The notes beneath the pieces were generated by a model. It made no database searches, was not told where the DNA came from, and worked only from the letters and a program-made list of their open reading frames with translations. This document shows, in pieces, positions 13,638-28,664 of a stretch of DNA of 64,000 nt (within the stretch, counting starts at the first letter, position 1; every line of letters starts with the position of its first letter). The stretch lies in assembly GCF_009914755.1 (NCBI RefSeq), contig NC_060931.1; one strand, written 5' to 3'. Source of the stretch: the human T2T-CHM13v2.0 reference genome, Homo sapiens. The position numbers and the translations under genes are program-made.

Positions 13638-13961
13638 TCAGTGTTGCTCAGTGGAAATAATGTTAACCATAAATGTGAGCCACATATGTAACTTAAATTT
13701 TTCTAGCAGATGTATTACAAAGTAAAAAGAAACAAAATTAAATCTAATAATATATTTCAATCCAGTCCATCAAAATATTAGTCTTTTAACCTGTAATCAA
13801 TATAAAATTACTATTGAGATATTTCACATTCTTTTTTAATACCAATTTTTTCAAATCTAGTATGTATTCTACACTTTCAAGACTATCTCAAGTCATACTA
13901 TTCACCTTTCCAGTTCTCAATAGCCACACATGGCTAGTGGCTGCCATATTAAAAAGCACAG
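13638..13961. mobile_element. MER33 (hAT-Charlie MITE)
   Basis: gagccacatatgtaacttaaatttttctag...ctcaatagccacacatggctagtggctgccatatt. Confidence 0.8.
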
Positions 13962-14019
13962 TTTCAAAGAATGTATTGATTAATATAATGAATATGCTAT
14001 GCTAATCTAAAGAAAGCAG

Positions 14020-14230
14020 GCACCATTATTTAGGAGTTTTAGAATGTGCTAAATACTGTGCTAAGCAATTTATGGATGATCTCATTTAATGCATCAAAAA
14101 CCTATGGAGCTAATACTGATATTACTCAAATTGTCTTCATTATATAGTTGAGAAACTTGAGATTCAAAAGATATCCCAATGGACTACATATAAAATGGAG
14201 CAAAGCTGAAGATTGTGCCTGGATTGGCTG
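14020..14230 (-). mobile_element. MIR
   Basis: tactgtgctaagca...atctcatttaat...gagaaacttgagattcaaa. Confidence 0.7.
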
Positions 14231-14457
14231 CTTCCTTAGTTTATATTGCTACTTATTTATACTGGCTATAGTCTGGTTGATGGTTGGCACAAGGGTGACG
14301 GCAATGGAGGGGAAAGAAGTAGACTGCTTTGAGAAATATTCAAATGATGAAAGAAGCAGGACTTGGAAATGGGTTACACATGCAGGTTGAGGTACAGGAA
14401 AATATCAAGGATGATGCTTAGGTGTTTGGCTTATGCAGATGATCAGATTGTATGACT

Positions 14458-14494
14458 TTTTTTTTTCTTTTTAAATAAGCTTTCACAGGTTGAA
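14458..14494 (-). mobile_element. 37-bp poly(A)-tailed micro-insertion
   Basis: Perfect 13-bp direct repeat agattgtatgact (14445-14457, 14495-14507) flanks a minus-strand insert ttcaacctgtgaaagcttattt + A-tail. Confidence 0.75.
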
Positions 14495-14519
14495 AGATTG
14501 TATGACTATTGTTGAGATA

Positions 14520-14663
14520 AGAACTACCTATTGGGTCAGGCTCACTACTTGGGTAACAGGATCATTACCCTGAACATGCTTCAGCATCACACAATATACT
14601 CAAGAAATTTGCACATGTAACCCCTGAATCTAAAATAAAAGTTGAGATTGTTTTTCTAAAAAG
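14520..14663 (+). mobile_element. L1PA16-like 3' end fragment
   Basis: aactacctattggg...ctcactacttgggt...cccctgaatctaaaataaaagttg; same family as 296-1990. Confidence 0.8.
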
Positions 14664-15100
14664 AAACACTGGAGGGATCAGCTTTTGAGATAAGAACCTC
14701 AGTATTCCATACGTCACATTCTGAATATTCCTGCCATGGTTTTAGTTACATTAAGCCTCTGCTAGGAAATGTGATTGCAAAATGATCGTTGGCTTTTATT
14801 GGCTTTTACAGTGACCAGGAGAAAAAATAAGGAGAAAAATATTGTACCAGGATAAAAATAAAAAAAAAATCTTCTATGATGACTCCCTTTCACAACTAGG
14901 ATTCAAAACTATATGAATGAGAAAATAATTTACTATTTATTTGGTGTGAAATCTTTTAGAAATGAGTAAAATCTATGTTAAAAGCTCAGTAATATGAAGC
15001 TTAATGCTATGATTTATTTGTACTAAACTCCTATAAACACTATGGACTAGAGCTAGGGACACTAGTTTATTCCACTGTTGTTAAAAATGCAATTATTTAC

Positions 15101-15249
15101 AGCTCTCTGAAGTTTCTTCAGCCTAACCACTTCATTTCAATTGAAGGTTTTTGTGATTATTTGCCCCATAAATTTGAATCCCTCAATAATGAGATTGAAT
15201 TACAATCTTCATATTTGTCTTGTAAGATAAGGGAAACCATCCTCTGCAT
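15101..15249 (-). pseudogene. Pseudo-exon MQRMVSLILQDKYEDCNSISLLRDSNLWGK*...
   Basis: Acceptor ccctcacctgttttcag; donor gct|gtaaat; start resembles an RGS helix 7/8 motif; two stops. Confidence 0.45.
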
Positions 15250-15663
15250 CTGAAAACAGGTGAGGGATAATATCTGGGAGAGAAGGCTTGAGGGATTTGT
15301 GGAGTGTGAAAAGTTCTGGACTAGTTGCTGTGGGGAATAGCACAGGGAGGGGATGCAATATGGTCAGGGAGGGGACACAAAATGGTTAAGGGGCTTGTGA
15401 AGCTGTGGTCAGGGCTAAAACTGTCCATAAGAACAAATATAAGAAAGAAATCATCAACTATACACAAGTCCCAAAATGTAAAGAGTAAAATAAAGTTAGT
15501 TTCCCAGGTAGCGAGAGACAGGAGGAGACAGAACCTCATAGGTCTTATAATTCCCTTTATGTTCCCTGAGGGTATGATATTACATCATTTCAGAAAAATC
15601 AAATAAAAAGGTTTTATTACTCAAATTTGCTTTGGCAGAATTTGCCCTAAGAATGATATTTAC

Positions 15664-15765
15664 CTAACCTCTTTCATGAATAGGGGACTCTGTTTTGTAT
15701 TTGTAGCCCTCCATCCATCTGTTTGTCATGTCTATTGCTTGTTTCTTAGGGCAGTGGTCACTGTA
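15664..15765 (-). pseudogene. Pseudo-exon YSDHCPKKQAIDMTNRWMEGYKYKTESPIHER
   Basis: Acceptor gactaaatttcag; donor tag|gtaaat or gag|gttagg; 32 open codons. Confidence 0.4.
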
Positions 15766-17811
15766 CTGAAATTTAGTCCAATATGAGGCACCATTTTAGT
15801 TCAGTGACTACATGAATAGTGCCAAGGACTGAACAGTGAGGCATCAGGGACCCCCAGCTCAAACTGTAGTGTGATGCTGGGACCTTTTATGCTTCCTGCT
15901 GAATCAGAGTAGATTTTAACAATTGTCCCAGAGACTAAAGTAATCAAAGAAGTGCTTTAAAAAAATCACCTGAGACCAGGACATAGGATGAAGTAAGCCA
16001 ATTAAGAGACTCCTTATAATAACCAAGTTATGAGGTAAAAAGTGTTTAAACTCAAGTAGTAGTGATGAGAACGTAAAGCTATATCAGTAAAAAATAGTTA
16101 TGTTAGAAGAAGAATCAGGAAAAAACTGACTTATTTAATCAGGATATTAGGAATCAGGAAAAAAGTCAAAGGTAATGCCATTTGAACCTACTGTGTAATA
16201 ATCATGGTACCATTAGTAGGAGAACGTGGGTGTGATGTGCACAGAAAGGTGTTGAAGTATTGTAAATGAATTCAGACACTTTGCTATTGAATCTCTTTTT
16301 AGTTCCCTGTGGGTTTTCCTTTTGCGTTGTAATGGCAAAAGACATACAATAGATATAATATGGGTACTCTATATTTGCCACCATAGTAGTGGGAGAAATG
16401 CCAGGCACAGGTAGTGTCCAAGATGTATTAAGCTTTCAGGTTGTATGTATTCATTTTTATTACCACCCAAACTCTTCCCCATATGATCTCACTCTCTAAC
16501 CTTTAATACACATTTTAACTCCACAAGGATAACAAAACTGTATGTAGTTTTTTTACAGTCCTTATATATTATAATATTATATATTTCATATATATATGAA
16601 ATCTCCTAGTATCTCAGTGACTAACACATACTCTTTTTTTTAATAGAGAAATCTATTTATTTGAATCCATGCAATCAAGTTTTACCAAAGAATCTAACCG
16701 AAAAATATTCTTGTGCATATCGAACTCCTTTCATGGAACTTATCAGTTCCTGCCCTGCATCATGTCTTTCTAAATTTTGTACCTCCCTATATATATAGAA
16801 ACCCACATCTATGTCTTTTCACTGCCTACGTTTCTGATCAATGCAACCCAACATCCATAGTAATAGTTAGCTGGCATCTGTAATGTCAGAATGAAATTAG
16901 AATACAGAAGTCAAAGAGACAGTTTTGGGACTCATTTACATAATGATCTTAGTCTCTGGAGAAGACGATGAACAGAGAAGAGAGAATTTAAGTCCAAAGA
17001 GCAAAAGAAGGAAATCAAGGACAGATCCTTGAAGAACACCCACCTTTTGTGGCATTAGTTAAGAAGACCCTTGTGAAGCAGACAGAGAAGAAAAAGGATC
17101 AACGAATTAACAGCATTTTCAAAATATTCCAATGCTAAACAAAGACAAATGCTTCAAAAACAGAGCAATGTAATATACAATCTTCTCTTTCTGGAAATGG
17201 AAGAGAGATAGGTCTTCAGAAAGACAATGGGTAACTTCTGATAAAGCATTGTTAGAGTTTTAGTGGAGTATTGTGGGAGCACAGTGGCAGGGGTTAAGAG
17301 ATGAGTGGTTAGTAAATAATTAGAGACATCTGCTCCACATTGTGTAAACCTCAGAGATCAATGGTAGAAACCACACAGACCACTTTAGTGTCCTCTTTTA
17401 TCACAGAGAATAATTTGATACCCTTCATACACCATTAGTCAGGAAACTGGGTTCAATTTTATTACTATTGATCTATTCTACAAGCTAAGACAAGCTATTT
17501 TAACTATTTTCACCTTCTTGACTAAATTTTCCCACTAATTACCTAGAGGAAATGAAATTAGGATGATGTTTATATGCAACTGAGAGACAAGGTATTCAGC
17601 TGCCATTTAGTGGTTAGCGTTTTCATTAAATTTATAAGTAAATATGATTTTATAATTTCATGATACTTTTATATAAATATTAACCCTGTCCCTTAATTCC
17701 ACACAAAATCACCAAAAGGCTATATGTAAGTACCCAATTTTACTGAATTCCTGGTGGTTTATTAAAGGGAACCACACTGTAGGAAGAAGATTATCAGAAA
17801 CTAAATATTAC

Positions 17812-17940
17812 CTTATCCACAGTTTCCAAAGAGTTTACAGCTTCACAGGAGGTCTCCTCACAGGCAAATATTGGATTTAGAAACATTATTTCTCTATCTT
17901 GAAATAATCTGTTTAATCTCTGTTCTCTCAAATGAAGAGA
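17812..17940 (-). pseudogene. Pseudo-exon SLHLREQRLNRLFQDREIMFLNPIFACEETSCEAVNSLETVDK
   Basis: Acceptor catccctttccag; donor AAG|gtaata; 129 nt, phase 0-0, fully open. Confidence 0.55.
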
Positions 17941-19231
17941 CTGGAAAGGGATGCATCAAGAAGCAATAGTGTCTATGAGTAAAGGAAGAAATTCTCTGCA
18001 TGCCAAGGAATCTAAGTGGGTGTTTAGAGGACCAGGAAACTGAAGAACTCTCTGAAATCCTAGTTAACAGGATCTTCAGTTCAAAAGACAGTAACCATTC
18101 TAAATAACCTAATAGACCAATCCCTTATAGAGTCATTCACACTGTGCAGTCTGTCCAGATAGTTCCATTTATTGTAAAATGTGCTTTTTATGGAAGCATG
18201 CTTTCCTAGCTTTAGAAAACAGTCACCAACTCTTGTTGTCAAAGGAATTTCAATTTACCTGTTAATTTAATTTCATGTATTTAGCACCCGAGACATAGGC
18301 TTCTTCATTTCTCTGTTCTCCTCTCCCAGGTCTATAATGGTACATAAAACTCAAACCCTAGTTTGATTTGTGAAACTAGTAAGCTATAGAGAAGTTGCTA
18401 ATTGTAGCTTATATGTACATTCAAAAATTCTTACCCACTGAACAAACTAAATATTGATCTGTTAAGTATGGATAAGAATTTGTTTAAAGCCTAAGTTTTT
18501 TTTTTCTTTTTGGAATGAGCATTTCTAAAAAGATGCCATCATTTTTAATGGTAGGAAGAAGAATGATGAAAACAAATTCAGTAGCAGAAATTAAAAATAA
18601 GGGACAAGAAAAATTTATAACAAGAGGTACAGAATCAAAAACAGTTTTTCAAAGAAGATGTATTAATAGGGATTAGGGTCAGATAATTCAAGCAATCTTA
18701 AGTGAGATTAATATATCACAATTGTGGAGATATACTTTATGTCAAATTAGATTGTAGGACTTGTCTCTGCTAATTAGTGATCATCCATGACCTCTCTGTT
18801 ATACACTGGTTGCAGGGTTTTAGCTAAAATTTAATAAAGTCTTATATTTTGAGTCAAAGTCATTTGATAGACAGAAATTCCCTGATACTTGAAAAATAAA
18901 TTAAGGATGATGTATGCCTTCAATAAACAGATAATCATATACTGAAGGGAAATGTGCCTATGACCTTGTCAGAGGCCAAAGTTGGCTATGGGTGGAATCA
19001 CCAAAAACAAAGCGAAACAAAAACCCAAAAAACCTAACAAAGAGCATATCACTGTTGGGTTCACCACGTCCACAGAATGTTCATTGTCCTTTGCCTCAAC
19101 ATGTTGCACATGTTATGGTAGATCACTTGATGTCTATTCTAAATCCATTCTCTCTTCTTTCCTTTTAACAACTCAGTATATTATATATTACAGGTATGCT
19201 ATATATTATATAGACCTATATGTAATATATG

Positions 19232-20985
19232 ACCTTTCATTGACAGGGGGAGTAGGAGTACTGACTTTTGAACAGTAAAAAACCTGCATATAACTATTGA
19301 CTCCCCCAAAATTTAACTACTAATAGGCTAGTTGACCAGAAGCCTTACTGATAACATTAAGCAATCAACACAGATTTTGTATGTTATATGTATTATTTAT
19401 TGTATTCTTACAATAAAATAAGAGAGAAAAAAGAAAATGCTATTAAGAAAGCTGTAAGAAAGAGAAAATGTATATACTATTCATGAGCTGGAAGTGGGTC
19501 AGGAGAATGGTTTCCATCTTCCTTGTCTTCACACTGAGTAGGCTGAGGGGGAAGAGGATGAGGGGGAGCTGCTCTCACTGTCTCAGGGGTGGCAGAGGTG
19601 GAAAAGGTGGAGGAAGGGGAAGGAGAAGCAGGTGGAGCAGGCACACTCAGTGTAACTTTACTAAAATACATGGTAATTTCTGACTTTTTTTCCTTGTCAT
19701 TTTTCTAAAATTGTTTCTATATGGTACCAATCCTTCTTCCACCTTTTGCTTTTGTGTCAGTGCCCATATCATAGGAGAGTCCATGTTATAAAAGCAGTTA
19801 AAAAGTAGTCTTGAATAATGAGAATCCTTCTGATGATTTTCTAATGTTAATTTGTTTTCGAATACTGCTTCTTCTATGTCTTCTTCCTCATCATTTGGCA
19901 CTGGTTTGGAAGCACTCTCTCCATCATGGAGTCTTCTGTTAATTCCTCTGGCATGGTGTCTGATATGGTTTGGATGTGTGACCCTACCCAAATCTCATGT
20001 TGAATTGTAATCCTTAATGTTGTAGAAGGGGCCTGGTGAAAGGTGAATGGATCATGGAGGTGGACTTCTCCCTTGCTGCTCTGGTGATAGTGAATGAGTT
20101 CTCATAAGATCTGGTTGTTTAAAAGTGTAGCATCTCCCCCTGCTCTCTTCCTCCTTCTCTGGTCATGTTAGAGGTACCTACTTCCCCTTCACTTTCTGCC
20201 ATGATTATAAGTTTCCTGAGGCCTCCAAGCCATGCTTCCTGTACAGCCTGCAAAACTGTAAGTCAATTAAAACTCTTTTCTTTTTAAATTACCCAGTCGC
20301 AGGTAGTTCTTTATAGCAATGCCAGAACAGACTAACACAGTGTCTATCAGCTCTTAAAATTTTCTGAAATCTTTATCTTGAAAACCTTCTCCCCTCACCT
20401 TTTATTTTGGGTGATGGACATATCCACAATCTCTTTTGTGATTTTCTTGATTGGCTCTCTTGTAAATCCTGTGAAGTCAGGCACAACAACTGAACAGTTT
20501 TCTCTAGCAAGAATGTATTGCTTTGGCCTTAATGGCTTTCATGGATTTTCCTGTAACAACAAATGCCTCTTCAATGGTGTAGTCCTTCCAGACATTCATA
20601 ATACTCTCTCCATCAGAGTTTCTTGACAATCTTTTCCATGGGGTACTGTGTGTAATGAGCCTTAAAGGCCCCTATGCTCCCTAATCTAAAGGCAGCGTTA
20701 GAGACATTGTGTTTGGGTGCAAGTAGACCACTTTAATGTTTTAGGTGTTGAATTCATGGGGTTCTGGGTGGCCAGGGGCATTGATTAATATCAAAAGAAC
20801 TTCAAAACGCAGTCCCTTACCGGTAAGGTACTTCCTGACTTCAGGGACAAAGCATAGATGCAGCCAATCCAGAAAAAGCGTTCATATTGTCCAGGACTTC
20901 TTTTTGTACAACCAAAAGACTGGCAGCTGGTGTTTAGCTTTTTCTTTCAAGGCTCAAGGGTTAGCAGCTTTATAGATAGAAGCAG
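19232..20985 (-). mobile_element. Tigger2 DNA transposon with degenerate pogo/DDE transposase
   Basis: Tigger2 terminal sequence; transposase peptides EEEDIEEAVFENKLTL...EEGLVPYRN and LPVFWLYKKK...FVPEVRKYL...ILINAPGHPEP, with stops. Confidence 0.9.
19961..20339 (+). mobile_element. MSTA solo LTR inserted in the Tigger2 transposase
   Basis: tgatatggtttgg...gactaacaca; perfect 5-bp TSD gtgtc (19956-19960, 20340-20344). Confidence 0.92.
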
Positions 20986-21244
20986 TCTGGATCATAAACA
21001 GGACTGGAGGTGGGAGAAGGAGGGAAATGCCTCATTTAGTAGCCTATACCCTACTGGAGTTACTTTACACCCTTTACATTACTTGTAAAAGCTGTATCTA
21101 GAAGACGGGATACATGACACAATGTTCAGATATGGGTACAAAATAGTACTAAAGAAGTCAAATACTACATTTTCTACTTATAAAAAAGGAGTTGGCTCTG
21201 GGCAGCCAATAGGTAACAAGAAGGCATTTTGTTCCAAAGATAAG

Positions 21245-21659
21245 GCATAGACTATATGTTTGTGTCCTCACAAAATTTTTGGGTTCAAATGATTTTTGGA
21301 GATAGGGCCTTAGATCATGAGGGTGGAGCAGTCATGATGTGATTTGTTCTCTTATAAGAGGATACATGAGAGTTCTTCCTTCATCCCCCCCCTTCTCTCT
21401 CTCTCCATCCCCTCTTCTCTCTCTCTCCTCTCTCTCTCTCTCCTCTCTCTCTCTCTTTCTCCCTCTCTCTCCCTCTCTCTCTGCTATATCAGAATACAAG
21501 GAGAAGATGGCCTTCTGCAGATCAGGAAGAGAGCCCTCCTCAAACAGTAAATCTGCTGGCACTTTGATCTTGGACTTTTTACCTGGAGAACTGTGAGAAA
21601 TAAATGTTGTTTAAGCCATTCAGCCTATGGTATTGTGTTATAGCAGCCTAAATAAGACA
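21245..21659 (+). mobile_element. MLT1A/MSTD-like MaLR LTR with internal (CT)n
   Basis: gatcatgagggtggagc...tctgctggcactttgatcttggac...gttatagcagcc...aagaca. Confidence 0.8.
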
Positions 21660-21699
21660 GAAGGGGAAGGAGAAATGGAGGAAACAGTGAATGGGGTAC

Positions 21700-21820
21700 T
21701 CAAAGGAAGATAAAACTGAAAAATAATATTTTTTAATTTTTTGCACAGGTTCCCTTTTTGAGTGCTTCGTTAACATCTTGGAATTCCATAGTAGCGCACA
21801 CGTAATCTGCCTTTTATTCC
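21700..21820 (-). pseudogene. Possible pseudo-exon ...CALLWNSKMLTKHSKREPVQKIKKYYFS
   Basis: Acceptor ctaaattttaaag; open frame with RGS helix 4/5-like spacing; donor not identified. Confidence 0.35.
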
Positions 21821-22669
21821 CTTTAAAATTTAGTGTGTTAAAAAGCATGAATTATCTATAAGCCTTTACAGGAAAGAGAATTTTTTTTTTCACAACACAT
21901 AAGTGTGAAGATATCTAGCATTTGTGGATGGGGTGTCATTTTTAACTGATAACATTCTGCTTTGTCATAGAGTTCCAACAGGAATGCACTAACTACATTA
22001 CTTTGCTAATCTTAGCATTTGCTTCATATGGTTCTGTGTCAAATTTATTACTTTAATGTTGGTTTAGGACATACGACAATATTTACAATAATAAGCACTA
22101 AGAATAGTTTGTGTCCACAGACTACTGCAAGCCTTTGTGGGAGAGAGTGAGAATGGGGATAAGGGAGGTAAGAGATACCATGCTATATTTCAATAGAAAT
22201 TACCGTCACTTCAGGGATTATTACTAAGTAAAGGAATTACAACAATATTTATTCATGCTTCTTTTTTATATTAAGGAAAAGCAGGATGATTATGAGGAAA
22301 GCTTTTATTTATAAAATTTTCACACAGGTTACTTATGAAAATCGCTCTACTTTTTAACCTTAGTTTCTTATATGAATATATGTTCTTTAGTCCATTTGAA
22401 ATGTTTAATCAAATTAATCCTTTAATCTTTTACTGTTTTACTGAATCCAAATGCACAAAAAAAGCTAATCTTAACATATCTTCTCATGTTGTTTTTTCTG
22501 TTCATGATCATTTCCCTATATCACTAAAAACTGTTAAAAAAAAAAACCTTTGGTAAGCAGCATACCATTTGCATACACAGATATTTGTGCAATTAAGCAT
22601 TCCCTTTTGTACTATATATGTATGTTACAATTGGAATAGGTTCTGGATAGGGACTTAGTATACAAATGT

Positions 22670-22900
22670 TTTACGGATGTAGCCTTTAGGGCTACATGGC
22701 CACGTTCTCATCTCACCCTCAGTCAGTTCTTAGATACGTGAAGTTGGGCATATTACTTATTTCTTTGTATCTCAGTTTTGTCATCAGTAAAATGGGGATA
22801 ATAATAGTATATACATTGGAGAATGTTTTGAGGATTATATGAATGAATATATGTAAAGAATTCAGAACATAAGTATTTTATCAACATTTGTTCTTATTAT
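22670..22900 (+). mobile_element. MIR
   Basis: MIR core tctcagttttgtcatcagtaaaatggggataataatagt. Confidence 0.85.
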
Positions 22901-23164
22901 TCCCCTAAATACAGGCTAGAGAAGGAATTGTCCTTTGATCTACAGAACCTTAATATCATCTACACTCATGAGTTAATTAATTGGTAAGGTCACATGTTTA
23001 TACACTTTGAAAGAATTTTTATAGAATAAAAATTGTGGTTCCATGGAAGCTTAAATGGACATTCCAGAAAAACTGTTCTACAAATTACAACTTTCTAGGA
23101 AGAAAACCTATTTTTTTCCAATTTGGTTCATAATCATTTGTCTATCTAGCTCTATTCTTCTTCT

Positions 23165-24280
23165 TTTTTTTTAATCAACAAAAAATTGTATATATTTAGA
23201 GCATACTTGTCCAATTCATGGCCCATGAGCTGCATGCGGCCCAGGACAGCTTTGAATGTGGCCCAAAACAAATTCCTACATTTCTTAAAACCTGACATTT
23301 TTTGGTAACTTTTTTAAGCTCAACAGCTATCATTAGTGGTTAGTGTTAGTGTGTTTTATGTGTAGCCCAAGACAATTCTTCCAGTGTGGCGCAGGGACGC
23401 CAAAAGATTGGAAACCCTTGATTTATGGTGTAAAACATGATGTTTTGATATATACGTATATACGTTGTGGAATGACTAAACCAAACCATTTAACATGTGG
23501 ATTACCTCACATACTTAACATTTTTCTGTGGTGAGAACAAAAATTGTACTCTCTTAACAATGTTCCAGCATGCCATATATTGCTATTAACTACAGTCATT
23601 ATGAAGTACAATACATCTCTTGAACTTATTCCTCCTAAGTAAAACTTTGTGTCCTTTGACCAACATTTCCCAAACCTCTCCACCCTCCAGCCTTTGAATA
23701 CCACCATTTTACTCTCTGTTTCTATGAGTCCAACTTTTTTTACATTCCACATGTATGTAAGCAGTATTTGTCTTTCTGTGCCTGGCTTATTTCACTTACC
23801 ATAATGTCTTTCAGTTTCATCCATGTTATCACAAATAACAGGATTTCATTCTGTTTGTGGCTGAGTAACATTCCATTGTGTATATGTACACTACATTTTT
23901 TGACTCATTCATCTGTTGATAGACACAGACTGACTCCATATCGTGGCTATTGTGAACAATGCTGCAATGAACATGTGAGTGCAGATATCTCTTTGACATA
24001 CTGATTTCATATCCTTTGATATATGCCGTAGTTAAATTGCTAGATCATAGAGTAATTCTATTTTTAATTTTTTGAGGAACATCCATACTGTTTTCTATAA
24101 TGGCTGTACTAATTTGCATTCCTACCAACAGTGTGTGAGAGTCCCCTTTTCTCTACATCCTCACCAGAATTTATCTTTTATCTTTTTGATAATACCCACT
24201 TTAACAGGTGAGAGGTGATATCTCATCATGGTTTTAATTTGCATTTTCCTGGTGATTAGTGATAAGCATTTTTTCATTAA
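23165..24280 (-). mobile_element. L1MA (MA7/8-like) 3' fragment
   Basis: L1MA 3' UTR (ttgtggaatgactaaa...attacctcacatac...gtggtgagaaca), interrupted by MER30B. Confidence 0.85.
23202..23420. mobile_element. MER30B (hAT-Charlie) nested in L1MA
   Basis: gcatgcggcccaggacagctttgaatgtggccca...caaaagattggaaaccc; degenerate 8-bp TSD atttagag/atttatgg. Confidence 0.85.
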
Positions 24281-24353
24281 CTAGATCTATTATTCTTTCT
24301 CAGATAACTTTTGGCCATTTAATTTTTCTCCAGAAAGTTGTGCACTTCATCAG

Positions 24354-24769
24354 TGTTTTGGTTTTATAGAAATACTATAATAAAGCATCACAAGCTGAGT
24401 GGCTTAAACAACAGAAATGTTTTGACTCCCAATACTGGAGGCTAGAAGTCTAAAATCAGTATTTTGGCAGGGTTGGTTCTTTCTGAGTGCTGTGAGGGAA
24501 GAATTTCTTCAAATTTCTCTCCTCAGCTTATAGATGAGCAATCTTCTCCCTATTCTCTTAACATCATCTTCCCTGTCTGCTTCCCTGTCTTCACATGGTG
24601 TTTCATATATAAGGCCAATACCATTAGGGGCCCACCCTACTCTGTATGAACTCATCTTAACCAATTACATTTACAATGATCCTATTTCTAAATAAGATCT
24701 CATTCTGAAGTTCTGGGAGTTTAGACTTTAACAAAATAATTTTGAGGTGACACAATTCAACCCATATCA
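24354..24769 (-). mobile_element. MLT1B/C solo LTR
   Basis: TG...CA ends; perfect TSD atcag; gtggcttaaacaacagaaat...gacacaattcaaccca. Confidence 0.88.
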
Positions 24770-24795
24770 ATCAGCACCTAAAAAGTAACAATAGC

Positions 24796-26775
<1,980 letters not shown>

Positions 26776-27277
26776 TATTAATAATTTCTAAAAATCATCA
26801 AATATTGAGTCAACATTCAAATTTCTTCACATACCTGATAAAAGCTTTTTTCCTCCTCCCTCCCTTCTAATTTTTCTTCCTTCCTTCTTTCTTTCCTTCC
26901 TTCTTTCTTCTCTTCCTTCCTTTCTTCTTTCCTGAGACTGATGATTATATGCAGAAATTCATTCAAGATTTATAGATATAATCACATTTTTATGAAGTAT
27001 ACTCTATATGTGGAATACTGATATTAACATTCATTGATAATGTAGAAGATGCTTCTGATTCTGGGGCATCATAATAGCTTAACCAAGCTCTAATTTTAAC
27101 CATTGATGCAACGGACAGTTCCATGAGAAATCAAACTCATTGGACCTGACAGCATCTTATGGCAAGCACACTGCCTAAATTTTCACCTGCTGTGAGTACC
27201 TTCCCTGAAGCTATAGGGCAAATGAGCCAGAGGTGCAGAGGGGTTAAACTCCAGAGCTTGGGGGATTGCCATACTTT

Positions 27278-27375
27278 AAATATACATACATATACATATA
27301 TACACATATATACATGTATATATAAATATACATACATATACATATTTACATATATACATATACATATATATATAA
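27278..27375. repeat. (TA/CATA)n low-complexity repeat
   Basis: Directly visible. Confidence 0.9.
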
Positions 27376-28208
<833 letters not shown>

Positions 28209-28664
28209 ATGCCCCAATTCTCCTGTCTTTTGCCAGTGGGGGCTCATTCAAATTGGTTTTGAGTCCTTTTATTAAACAATTTTATTGCACGCAAAAGAAT
28301 GCTCACACGTTACCTGTCCAGTTTAATGAGCCTGGACAAATGTAAAAATCCATGTAACTACTACCCAAGGCAGGATACGGCACATTCCTACCACCCCATA
28401 GACTCCCTCTGCCTCCTTAGAATTAGTCTGTTTTTACTTCAACCCCAAACAACACTTAATCTAATTTATAACACTAAAAATTATTTTTTCAGTACTAGAA
28501 ATTCACTTAAGTGGAATTTTGCAGTATGTATTATTTTGTGTCAGTCTTCTTTCATTCAGCAAAAAGTTTTGAGATTCATTCATATTCTTTTGTGTAGGTA
28601 GTTCATTCTGTATTTATTGCTGAGTATTGTTGCACTGTATAAATATATCAAAGTTGGCTTCACA

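Larger units (their letters stand above)
14260..14720 (-). mobile_element. L2 fragment hosting two small insertions
   Basis: L2-type tcaaggatgatgcttaggtgtttggctt. Confidence 0.6.

Noticed and set aside
17730-17811. Strong acceptor (cttcttcctacag) just after the 17812 donor
   Set aside because: The implied intron is only 35 nt, too short unless a deletion occurred.
19647-19991. TIGD1-like ORF as a domesticated transposase gene
   Set aside because: It is a Tigger2 fragment, frameshifted and cut by MSTA.
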